A DNA stretch of 59,199 nt, filler included, from Dimorphilus gyrociliatus (lineage: Eukaryota > Animalia > Annelida), in assembly GCA_904063045.1 (NCBI GenBank). It is 3 parts of 3 records of this genome, joined end to end, with 100 filler letters (N's around TTAATTAATTAA, not from the genome) between each part and the next. Parts side by side here need not be neighbours in the genome. Positions count along the whole stretch, not along the records: positions 1 to 21,208 come from CAJFCJ010000185.1; positions 21,309 to 51,505 come from CAJFCJ010000078.1; 1 more part is not named here. The stretch is one strand, 5' to 3'. Position 1 is the stretch's first letter, and each line of letters starts with the position of its first letter. This document shows positions 13,301-24,505 of the stretch, piece after piece. Both the position numbers and the translations under genes were made by a program. Below the pieces are notes generated by a model. It ran no database searches and was not told the DNA's origin. It was given only the letters and a program-made list of their open reading frames with translations.

Positions 13301-15432
13301 GAATAATTTTTGTGAGCAATTTTCAGATGTGAAGAAACCATATTTGCCAATGTCTGGAAAAGGTCCATAGTAAAGGCAATTTATGTCCTTTTGGTTTGAT
13401 TTTGTAAATCTATACATTTTAAAACAATTAAAAATTTTTTTTGTTTTTGGGTATGTCTAAATTCAGATATGTAAGGAAACTATACACTGCTGCTAATCCT
13501 CTTTGTTTACCATCCCTTTTTTTCAAAATAATATCAATTGTTGAAACCAAATGTAGTGGTACCCTATCATTATTTAAATATTCACCATAGGTTTTGTTAT
13601 AGTAAAACCCTAATGGAAATTTTTTTGGTTGTTTATCAATTATGTCATTTTCTTTGGAATAAATCTACCTTACCTACTGGTATTAATGGTCTTACTAAAC
13701 TATGCTCTGGATTTGATATTTCTTCAAAATGGTGCTTTAAGCGAAAGGATTGTACCATATTCTCCACAAATATTCCCTCATCATAGTGAGATATACCTAC
13801 AAGTTTGTTATTACATGTTGACCTACTTTCAATATAATTTACAAATTCATCCATCTGGCATAAATAATAGCATTTTTGAATAAAGGAAAAAGTTTCCCTG
13901 CACTGACTCATTGGCTGACAATCTATATTTGAAAACTGGTAATTTAGGAGTATTCTTTTGAAAAATAAATTTTTAACCTTCAACTTTTTGACTGCACTTT
14001 ATTGATATACTGGATATATGAATTCTATTTAACCAAGTTTCATACAGATGGTCCAAACTGCAATCCTGCAAAGATTTTGCTGAGGAACTACAATTAAGCA
14101 TTATATGGGCAGGATATTTCTTTTTGTCAGATAGTAGATTATTAACAACTCCACTCCGAAATCCAAAAGATTTGCAGACAATTTGCGTTTGATAATGATT
14201 AAATTTTAAATTGGAAATGGCTAGATCATGCTTTTTGAAAACTATTTGAAGTTGTCCAGTAATAGAATTTTCAGTAGTTCTTTTAAAGAAATTTGTTTGT
14301 GTTGTATTTATTGTCAATGTAACCTCTGAAATATTAATCTTAGTTTTTGCAATTTTCAGGGGACACAGTACAGCAAATATTCTATGATACGAGAATATAA
14401 AACTTTTAGTACTTCTTGAGCAATTGCTAATATGATTGACATTTTTGTCACATCTATAGGCCATACTTTCATTCAATTTTAAATAGTAACTATCCCAATG
14501 AGGAAATGATTTAAATATAAATTCATATTGATAAGTACTCTTGCGTGATTTTTTGGGATAAGATTCCAGTTGACATAACAGTCGAAATGTAATTAATTCC
14601 TCTCCTAAAGAATTGAATTCAAACATAATTGGCACATATCTCTGTTCTTTTAACATAACTGGAACTAGAAACTCTTTTAATTTACTCTTAGGTTTGAAGT
14701 AAGTTAATTTTAAAAATGTAATGCCATCAGATTTGAATGTTTTATTCAAACCAAAACAAACATGTTCAGGGCAGTATTTTATATTGTTTGTTCGATTTTC
14801 AAGTAGCAATTGAGTAGTATTAATTTCATTATAAAATTCAACTATATTTCCACAATCATTTTGATGTTTTTCCAATAAACATTTAAGCCTATTTTGATTT
14901 GAATACCTTTCAAATACTAAACTTCTATTAAAGGATTCTGTAAAATAGTCTAACAAAAAAAAAATAATCAAGTGTGAACATTGAATAGAGATAGAAGGTG
15001 TAACTGACAAGAATTATTTGAAAGAAAACACCTGACATTTGATGCATAGGGTGACTTGTGTTTTGTAAATGTACAAGTTGAACTATGATGATTGCAAGTC
15101 AGTGAAAATCTTTGGAATTTTATTGACAGTCTGGGTTTCATTCTATAATCAAAAATTGTTTTCAATGTTGCATAAATTCTGATTTGATCATAATTATTTG
15201 GTTGTTGTCTGCAAAAGAGATTTATATCTTTTAAACTTTGTAAATCAATGTAACTATATTCCATATAATGTTTGAAATAATGCTGAGCAAAACCATCACA
15301 ATAAGCATTTGTACATTTCTTTTTTTTAAAAATAAATGATAGATCATCAGTTTTATATATCTGAATTGAGTAAATTATTACATAGTATAGAAAAATGAGT
15401 AATACCAATAAAAAACTGTCTAACCAAACCAT
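10311..15432 (-). CDS. GRL101-like LDLa-LRR class A GPCR (copy A) with N-terminal SRCR-like and C-type lectin-like domains; some frameshifts
   Basis: Signal peptide at 15432; SRCR-like (DINLFCRQ; QIVCKSFGF..LNCSSSAKSLQDC); CTLD-like (FIQKCYY..TCNNKLVGI); LDLa repeats (CDGFNDCSDKTDE); LRRs; 7TM with FEKY (DRY position) and NSILNPFIY. GT-AG intron after IFIFS is at the same position as in copy C. Confidence 0.85.
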
Positions 15433-16433
15433 TAGGCACCACTGAAAATATTATCCTAGTCAAACTTATGGTTTTAATTAATTCAAGGGATAAAAGAAAT
15501 ATATTAAATATAGTAGACATTTTTCAAAAATGAAAGAAAAATATAAGATAATTTATAAAGTATCATTGAATTTTTAATTTGAGAAAACATTATTTTTTCA
15601 TTTTTTGTAAAATTGTATTTTTTTAATTTAATTTTCTTTTTAAATTAAACACAACATGACTTTTATTTTTAAAATTAAAAAAAATTTAAAAAAATTCAAT
15701 TTATTTTAATTCATTTTTTTTATTGCTAGTAATTTTTTGAATAAATTTTCTTATCAACAATCCAAAATCTTTCATGTTTTCTTTATCTTTGTATTTTTTC
15801 AATAAAACACCAATTTGGAGAAACATATCTTTTTTCTAAAGAAAAAAAATACTATTTTTGAATATAATTCCAGATTTTTTAAAAAATATTTTTTACTTTA
15901 TAAAAAAATAAATCTAATATATTATTCTCAACATGGAATTGTATTTCATGCAGTGTTTTTAAAATTTCTATTATACATTTTGCAAAATTATTCAATTCTT
16001 TTATTGATATCCTCTCCATTGCATTTGGAGGATTTTTCATGAAAATTATCTTTGCAGCAACTGTCAAAAAAAAGTTATCTTTTAACAGAAAACCACAAGT
16101 TTTGTTTAAGAGAAAACATCCCTTATGTTCATTTACATTTAATTTTTTAACCCCATCCTCAAATAATAGGATAAGAGAAACTAGTTCAGTTTTAAGTTTT
16201 AAAATTGATGTGTTTTTCATAAGTGTAAATGTAACAGTGTTACAATTACTGAATAGAGTTCTAAATATAGAACTTTTTGCTTGATTTCTGTGGATGTTAT
16301 CTTTTAGAAAATCACATTAAAATTCATTTACTTGGAAAAAGTTCCTCCTTATACAAGTTTCCAATTTTCACTTCTCTGTATAAATTATTTTTTTTTTGTA
16401 AGAAAGTTAATTAACTTATTAAATAGTTTAGTT

Positions 16434-17156
16434 TTACTTCTTTTGCAATCTTTTATTTTTCATATGCTCCTTAAATTTTTTCAAATGATTTCGAGCTGGA
16501 AATTCCATTGTAAAAATTATTAGAAAAATCATCATGAAAAGTCTATTTAATTTAAAACTGTAGAAAAAACTGAGAAAAAATGAATAAACAATTGACAACA
16601 TCATTAAAGAATATTGAAATATTGATAAAGAATAATTTGACTTATTTGAATTTTTAAAAATAAATCTTGTCAAGAAATGCAGGGAAATGATTAAAAAATA
16701 GAAAACTGGTAGAAATATTTTAAAGAAAAGAATAAAAAATGAATGATGATCTTCAATTAGTGGGAGAAGAATATTGCACAATGGATTTTTTAACTGATTA
16801 GACTGTTTTTGGAAAAAAATAGAAAAATCTTTTTTTAGAATATTTTTATAAATAGTATCTTTATCTTTTACATTTGACACAATAAAATATATTGAGATAA
16901 TCAATGTGAAAAAAATTGTGAAAAATCTCAATTGAATAATACTTAAAGAATGGAAATATTTAAATTTCAAACACAGGCCTAAAGTTATTGCAAATTTGAT
17001 AAACAAATTATAGATATATACATAAAATAGGCCTATGTTAAATAGTAAACAAAATTTACTATTAATCCATTTGAAATGCAATTGGTAATAATGTAATTTG
17101 TTGTATTGTAATTGTAGGAATTTCTGGTTCGTCACAACTGTAATCGTCCTTTCCAA
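16434..17156 (-). CDS. Multi-pass membrane ORF, possibly a divergent 7TM fragment (TM3-TM7)
   Basis: 240-codon open frame with 4-5 hydrophobic segments and a CNILLP motif before a TM5-like helix. No clear start. Confidence 0.35.
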   Translation of the reverse strand: MERTITVVTNQKFLQLQYNKLHYYQLHFKWINSKFCLLFNIGLFYVYIYNLFIKFAITLGLCLKFKYFHSLSIIQLRFFTIFFTLIISIYFIVSNVKDKDTIYKNILKKDFSIFFQKQSNQLKNPLCNILLPLIEDHHSFFILFFKIFLPVFYFLIISLHFLTRFIFKNSNKSNYSLSIFQYSLMMLSIVYSFFLSFFYSFKLNRLFMMIFLIIFTMEFPARNHLKKFKEHMKNKRLQKK

Positions 17157-17174
17157 TCATTTACCAACTTGCCA

Positions 17175-17196
17175 AAGTACTGGTCCAAATAGAACC
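17175..17196 (+). repeat. Dispersed 22-mer AAGTACTGGTCCAAATAGAACC (second copy at 33375-33396)
   Basis: Exact match between two loci on different contigs. Confidence 0.7.
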
Positions 17197-17399
17197 TTTA
17201 AAGTTCGTCCACAAATAGTCTAACAAAGGCAATTTCGGTAGAAATTGATTAACAAAACACCAGTATTTCGTCCAAAGAATATGTATTGAGTAAAATGAGC
17301 TTCTAGTTCTAAACAAGCTAGTTTAAACAACTAGCTGACGGTTAGAAAACTGAACTATCAACTGTTAATTTCGTAGGGTTTATATACTCTTTTAAGGGT

Positions 17400-20300
17400 T
17401 GATAGTTCACAAATTTCAATGTTCACAAAAACAAAAGTAACATTTGAAGACAAAGAAAAGTTCTAAATATGGTCATGTTTTTATTGTTTTCCTCTTCTAA
17501 ATAATAGTTGAATTTCGAAGGTTGGAGAGTTGCATAAGATGTAACAATTTTAGTAGGACAAGTCCAACAATCAAGAAAACATGTAGATTGTATATTTGAC
17601 CGTTTTTATATTCTACCTTAATAATGATATTCAATTGATTGAGTTAGTAAATTTAGCATCAGCATATAAGGAGGAAGTATATCTGATTAATGCATGTTAA
17701 AAAGAACAGTATTGTGTATACAATACTGTTGAATAGTGAATATAATCTAACCTTAGAATTTAAGCATAATTGATAATTAATTGAACTAGTTTTAGTTCGA
17801 AATCATAAATTTATGGATTAATAAATTGTAATATTAATGCTAGGTTGCAAATAGCAAATATTCTTTATATAATTCAATAGGTTTTATTACTGCATAATGT
17901 GTATGCACTGCCCTATGCGAAACTAGGTCACTACTGCTTATCTTTATCAGTGCTATCTGCATAGTACAATACTGGTTCAATACTACTTCTCTATTGTAGA
18001 ATATAGCTGACGAATGTATGTGTACAAATAATTTGAAAAATTTAAAGAGACAACTGTTATGATATAACTTAATTGTAGGATATCTTTTAAAAACATTGCG
18101 CAATGTTTCAAAAATTCAAATTGAATTATTTTTAAATAGAATATAAATATTAGCATTGAAATTATTAATATAAATTTAAAAATTATTAGAATTATTAGGA
18201 AAATTGTTGTTATTAATGAAAATAGAGGAAAAGAACAGGAAATGATAATTCTCTCTTTCCATTTACAACTTATTTTCTGCTTTGTATTTATCAATTTTAA
18301 AAAACAGCAGAAAACATTATCATCAGCCATTAAAGTGTTTAAATTATTTAAATTTTCGAAACCTAACACTTCAAGATCATCTATTTGTTCAAAAGTATCC
18401 ATTATATTCAAATATTCTAATGAAATGAGATTTTTGAATAAATCATTTCCAATTATCTTAATATCATTTTTGGACAATATTAACTTTTTTAATTTGTTTA
18501 AATCATCAAAAGTTGATTGTTTCAATGATTTTAATTGATTATGTCCCAAATTCAATTCAATAAGATTCTTGAGATTCATTAATATAGATTTTGATATAGA
18601 TTTCAGATTATTTTCTTTCAAGTTTAAAATTTGTAAATTTTTTGGAAATTCAAAAGAATTTTGATGTTGAAATTTGTTTAAAGAGAAGTCAAAATTTTTC
18701 ATATGGAGAATAATTAAATTTGAAAATGACCTCATAAAAAGAGGTAAAATTGATTTTTTAAGTTTTCCATTCAAAAATAGCCATGTAATACTGAAATTTT
18801 CTGAATATTCATTTGAATTGTTGTATGGTGTATTTAAAATATAATGAAAATGTTTAAAATTCTTTAAATATTCCCACAATTTATTAATTTTCACTGATGA
18901 ACATTCAATTGAATAATTATCTGAACAATTGCAATAGGAGTTTGGACAATTTGTAGTTTTGCATAATATTTCATCAACTCCATTTGGACAGTCTAAAATT
19001 CCATTACAAATTCTTGATTCATTTATAAATATACCTCTTTTATTGCATCTAAAAAAACCTTTAGGTTGAAATTCAACTGCAAAATAATAAAAAAAAACAA
19101 TAATATAATGGTTTAACCCCTTCATGGGTACAGTTTAACGCAGGTAGGGTTTAACCCCTATTCAAAATATAGTAATACTATACTGCAATTGTACTCATCA
19201 TCTCCATATGGACAATGGCGGAAATTGTCACACACCAATTCTATATCAATGCAATAATTGTATGTTAAACAGCTATATTGAGCTGGTGGACAGGATATGG
19301 TATTAAGACAATTTTTGTAAATGTTAAACATCCTGATTGGTTTTGAAATTAAAGTACGTAACGAATTGTACTTGATTGTGCATGAAACATTACTAAATAT
19401 ACAATGGTTAAGGGAAGATCAGAAGAAATGAAAAATGATAAACAAACTTGCTGTTTTTGTTTGAATTCTGAATATTAAAGTTTTTCTTTCTCTTTTCTTC
19501 ATTCAACTTTTCATCACTAAAATCTAAACAATTTCTAATTCCATCATTAAATTTATTTTTTGGTATACATTCGCCATTTTTACATTCTCTATATATTTTT
19601 AACTAGTTCTTAATTAATGTGAATGAAAAGATAAAAAAAACTACCTTTCACTGTTCAAACATTTTTTGTAGGCTTAATGTAAATGAATAGATACATCAGT
19701 ATATAGTATTCTAACAAAAAGTCACAGATGAAATTTCTTTTGTGAAACAAATTTTTGATATATTTTACTAATTTCTTTTAGATTCCCCTCTCTTAATTAA
19801 AGATCCAGTTTTACAAATTGTCCAATCCATTTGGTAAAATTACTAAATAATATGCCAAAAATTGGTATCATACCAAAAATTTCATCTATCACTGTTTATA
19901 TAAATCATTATATCTACTGCAGAATGATTCATCAGATCTGTCTGAGCAGTCAGGTATAAAATCGCAAACAAATTTAACAGAGATAATTTGACCAATATCA
20001 CACATAAATTGTTCAACTGATTTACAATTCATTTCATCAGAATGGTCCAAACAATCAGCTTTACCATCACACAGATACCTTTTATGAATGCATATAGATT
20101 CAGCAATACACAAGAAACTATTATTCCAACAGAAAATTTCCAAATCATTATTTAAAAATTGTTGACTTAAATTTGTAATATTATCTTAGATAAAGAAAAA
20201 AGTATTCAAAGTAAACTGGTAGTTATTATTTTCTATTCAATTTTTTTACATTTAATTTCATATTTGCAAATAAGATAACTTATCATAATACTTTTTTCAC

Positions 20301-21208
20301 AAGCTACAGATTTTCTTATTTTTGAAAATTTTAAATAAATTTCATGTAAATTCACACTGTACTGAAGGCAAATAAATTTCCTATTTAACTTTTCTGCTTC
20401 ATCAACTCTTCAAAGTTTAAAAGAGAAAGTTTTTTTTTGAATGAAATATAAATCATACTGTGTTTCTATATTTAATAGATTTAATGGTAAATTGTCTAAT
20501 GAAATCAATTGAGTACTTTCCAAAAAATAGTTTGTTGTTGTTACAACTGAAAAAAAACATGTTACAAAACTGGTGGAGAGACTGAAAACAAAACAATATT
20601 ATTCCAACTTGCTGGTATTGAGGTTTCAGTTGAATTTCCTACACTTTGTAATGCATTTGCAATAAAATTCATTTGGTATAAATCAATACTTGAAAGAACA
20701 TTCAAATTGTATTTGGAACATGTGTTTTTCCAAGATTTTCCATCAATCAATATAACTCTATTAATTATATAAAAGCAAACATTTTCCAAAGAAACTTGAA
20801 TACTGCTCTGAGTGATAAAGGGGCAGCCTATCAAAAAATATATGGGGGAAGGAGGAGATATTAAAATAATATAAAATGATGGTATTTTTATTGTTTATTA
20901 GTTTACTATTCTCCTTTCTATGGGAACAAGACAATTTAATTCTTGTGAAATATTTATTAATTAATTGAATATTCAAAATATTATTGAATGAGCAATGATG
21001 AAGCTTGGAAGAGTCTCTAGGACATTTAACAGAAAATAATATATTCTGAATTATAGGATATGTTTCATAATTATTTAAAATCTCTCCATTAGAATATCCA
21101 AATTCTTGGCAAAAAATCTTTTAAAATAAAAATAAATAAATACATTTCAATTTATTGATTAGATTTGTTTTTTAACAACATTAGCTTCTTGTTTTGAAAA
21201 TTCAAAAT
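17400..21208 (-). pseudogene. GRL101-like LDLa-LRR GPCR (copy B), 7TM part degenerate, 5' end cut by contig end
   Basis: CTLD-like exon 20562-20834; LDLa exons (19889-20143, 19185-19310 CDNFRHCPYGDDE, 18950-19075); LRRs LNLKENNL, LNLGHNQL, LILSKNDI; TM1-2 then frameshift, TM3-like YCTMQIAL..THYAVIKP, then stops. 3' boundary approximate. Confidence 0.7.
19110..19163. mobile_element. Solo TIR of the Phantom family at 45610-50985, inside an intron of GPCR copy B
   Basis: Reverse complement of its end, GAATAGGGGTTAAACCCTACC, matches the terminus GAATAGGGGTGAAACCGTACC at 45610. The internal unit pattern (catgggtacagttt) matches 50945-50958. Confidence 0.75.
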
Positions 21209-21308
21209 NNNNNNNNNNNNNNNNNNNNNNNNNNNNNNNNNNNNNNNNNNNNTTAATTAATTAANNNNNNNNNNNNNNNNNNNNNNNNNNNNNNNNNNNN
21301 NNNNNNNN
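21209..21308. other. Artificial contig-joining linker N44-TTAATTAATTAA-N44
   Basis: Exactly 100 bp with a central six-frame stop 12-mer; identical to 51506-51605. Confidence 0.97.
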
Positions 21309-22186
21309 CATATATTTAAACAAAAAATTTTGGACACTTGAGATTTATTTTCAGATCTATAGCAATGAATTTTCCAAAATGGATACAAATTTCATTACTT
21401 TCTTATTATGTTCAGAATGTGCTATTTTGTTATTTTTTGGAAATGTTCAATTATTAAAGTTTATTAGTTTTACATTCAATTTTTAAACAATCTGAATGAA
21501 AAATTTTATAACCTTATTGCTTTTAAATAAAAAATTTCCTTGAAACCAGTATATTCTTTGCTCTTATACCCCATTAAATATTGTAGAAATCAAAGAATAT
21601 ATCATTAAATGTTTGGCTTGTTTAGACCATGAAATGCTGCTGAAAAAGACCTATTTCAATATTCAATAAAAACTTGTGGAATTTCAAAAATTCTTTTCTA
21701 TAGAGTAAAAAAAAGGAAAAGAAGAGAAACATAACCTAATCAGAATAAACAGATGGTATATGGATTCTTTTAAAGAGGATATTTTTATTAAGGAAAATTT
21801 TTATAATGCTTCACAGTTGAACTTATGAACTTTAGCGATTACGAAATAGATGACCCTCTGAGTAGAAATCAACCAAAGCTGCGGCAGAAGTCACTCTCCC
21901 CCCTTGTATTAAACCAAAATAATTGCTAATGTAAAATATTGGTTTGAAAATCTTTGTTACATTATGAAATATACAAAATTTATTGATTTTTCCTTTTCAT
22001 TCAAATACCATGATGAAAAAATCAACGTTCGACAATCATTTTCCACTACAAATCTTTTCAAATCCATTTCTTATATTTTCATTGCCATTAACTCAATTAT
22101 TTCAATGTTTGAACAGGTTTTTAAGAATTATCTCATTTCTTTACATTGTTCTCCATCAAGATGACAATTTGCTGTATTAATATACT

Positions 22187-22560
22187 TTAAAGTATTTGAT
22201 GATTAAGTTTACAAATATTAGCAAATCCTCTGTCAATATTCTTATTTTCTTCTAAATTTATTGATTCTATATTACAACAAATTTCCAATAAATTTCCAAT
22301 ATTTCTAGATTCTTCTTCCCCATATTCACATTGTTTAAGTGTAATATTTTTTAGAACATTTGTAGAAGGAACAAGATTAACAAAAATTGTTGAAAATCCA
22401 CTTTTAACTCTTTTATTCCTAAATAAATTCATAGTTTGAATATTTTATTTTTATTGTGTAGAAGAACACTCGCTTTCCTGCACATTCTCCTGCTAATATG
22501 TTTTTATAGAGAAACTACTGAAACATTGTTCAAATGGTATAAACTGTTCTTTATTTTTGT
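22187..22560 (-). pseudogene. Fragment of RI-like LRR array (NLR-type, same family as 29400, 35120, 52068)
   Basis: LKNITLKQCEYGEEESRNIGNLLEICCNIESINLEENKNIDRGFANIC. Confidence 0.6.
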
Positions 22561-23309
22561 AATCTATTTTTAGCTTCTTTTTAGTGAAATGTTATTAGTT
22601 TTTTCAAATTGAAAAGGAGGAAAATATTCAATTAATTTGCTCTTTATTCCCAATTGTTCTGCCTGTTTTCAGGGTATAGATTGCAAATATTTTGTCCTGA
22701 ATTTCACAAAAGAAATTGCCCCTTAACTAGTTGGGTTATTTATAGTTAATAGAGACTTTTTGGTCATTGATCTTTAGTAGTCCAAAACATAATTTATTAT
22801 TTTAGTATTTGGTGTTGCTGTCCCATGACTATGCTTACACAGCTGATCATAGTCTGATGTGATCTTTGTTATGGTCGTTATCAAAAAGTTTAAGCAAATC
22901 TGTCTTTTAGAAAACAAGGTTTCTTTTCAACCTTATGCTAATACCAGTTTCTTTCCCCTACACCAATTATTATCATTAGGGTAATTTATTGATTCATTAA
23001 GTATACATCAGGTAATTTAGTGTTTAACCTAATTTTATAATTAATCAACTATCACTTGATTACTAATTGTTTTTTTTACGGTTCGGGACACTGTGTCATT
23101 TATGGGAACAGTTTAGGAAAAAAATTTCGTTAAAGAAAGAGAACTTTAAATGTTGGACTCCAAATATTTTATGACAGTAAATGAGAAAGTATGTTTATCC
23201 AACTTGAAAACAAATCCACCTGGATATGTGTGGTACAACCTTTACTATGGACACCGTATATTTTATTTTGGAATCATTTTCGTTGTAAATCTGAAAATTT
23301 CGCATCGAT

Positions 23310-23329
23310 TATATATATATATATATATA
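23310..23329. repeat. (TA)10 microsatellite
   Basis: Direct reading. Confidence 0.85.
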
Positions 23330-24190
23330 AGTTGGAAACGTTGCTAATTATATTTAAAAAAAAAAGCATTATCCATTAAAATATAAATTTTTAATGGATT
23401 TTAAGTGTTGAATAAATCGGTTATTTAGTGCGGAGGTTAGATGCTAATTAGCATATATATAAAAAAAATACATATTTTTTAAGATTTTCTAAAAGATACA
23501 AAATTAGTCTCCTAGGAAGAAGAATATCTGCTAAATAGATAGAAATTTCCCCATAAGTCTTGTAACAGTCTATCCTCCAGTGGAATTGGTAAATTTTATT
23601 TTGGAATGTATTTGATTTCCCATCATATTTCGCATTAAGCTTGAGCAATGCAAAAGCCTTTTAAACCGTTCCACCCCTTTCTCCTCATCCTTCCACCCCC
23701 GCCCCGCCTCTTCTAATTTCATTTAAACTCTCCTCCAAGAATATAAGCTGCAATGAATGAATAAGAAGATAACAACGCTAATGCAATTTTCTCCCCTAAT
23801 CCTTCATGCCAATTATTTACGAATAAGAAAGCTTAAATCTATGATAATCAAAAAACTAGTCAATCGATACGATAATCCCAATATATCGAGTTGATAAGCT
23901 TTAGATAAGCTATTCGTTATTATTTATCTCATTTATTAGTTTATTAAGCGAATTAATTAGTTAATTGATTTTTAAATGATTATTTATCAATTAATTATAA
24001 AAGTGTGCAACTGTTTACTATAGAGATTTATAGATAACTATAAATCTATACCAGTTTTCATGGTTATTGCATCGGCAAATTAGTTCATTGACTATACTGC
24101 CAATAAATCTTCAAGAGGGAGTAAAGCGTAACTTTTTTTTATTATCTATTATTGAAATGATCAAAATAAAATGCTATAGAATCTCCTTAT

Positions 24191-24197
24191 TCTCCCT

Positions 24198-24228
<31 letters not shown>

Positions 24229-24236
24229 CTATAAAA
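24191..24236 (+). promoter_or_regulatory. CT-rich tract followed by TATAAAA, candidate promoter of the DEG/ENaC gene
   Basis: (CT)n tract 24191-24229 is immediately followed by TATAAAA at 24230-24236, about 270 bp upstream of the ATG. Position only, no transcript data. Confidence 0.35.
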
Positions 24237-24505
24237 TAGGCGTAACCCTTCTCTTCATATTGCATGCATATAACACCCTTTAAACTATTACCAGTTTTCA
24301 AAGTATTAAAAAAGAATTACCAGTTATAAAATTGATTTATCATTTTGATATATAGAACAGAAATGAATTGTTCATGTGTAAGGATAATTTTGTCATATAG
24401 AATATCAAAAATAGAAATCTTTTACAACAACTTACCTGCAAATCTTGAATTTCAGCCTATATGCCCTAATTTGAATATTTAATAACAAAAAAAAGAGGAG
24501 ATATT

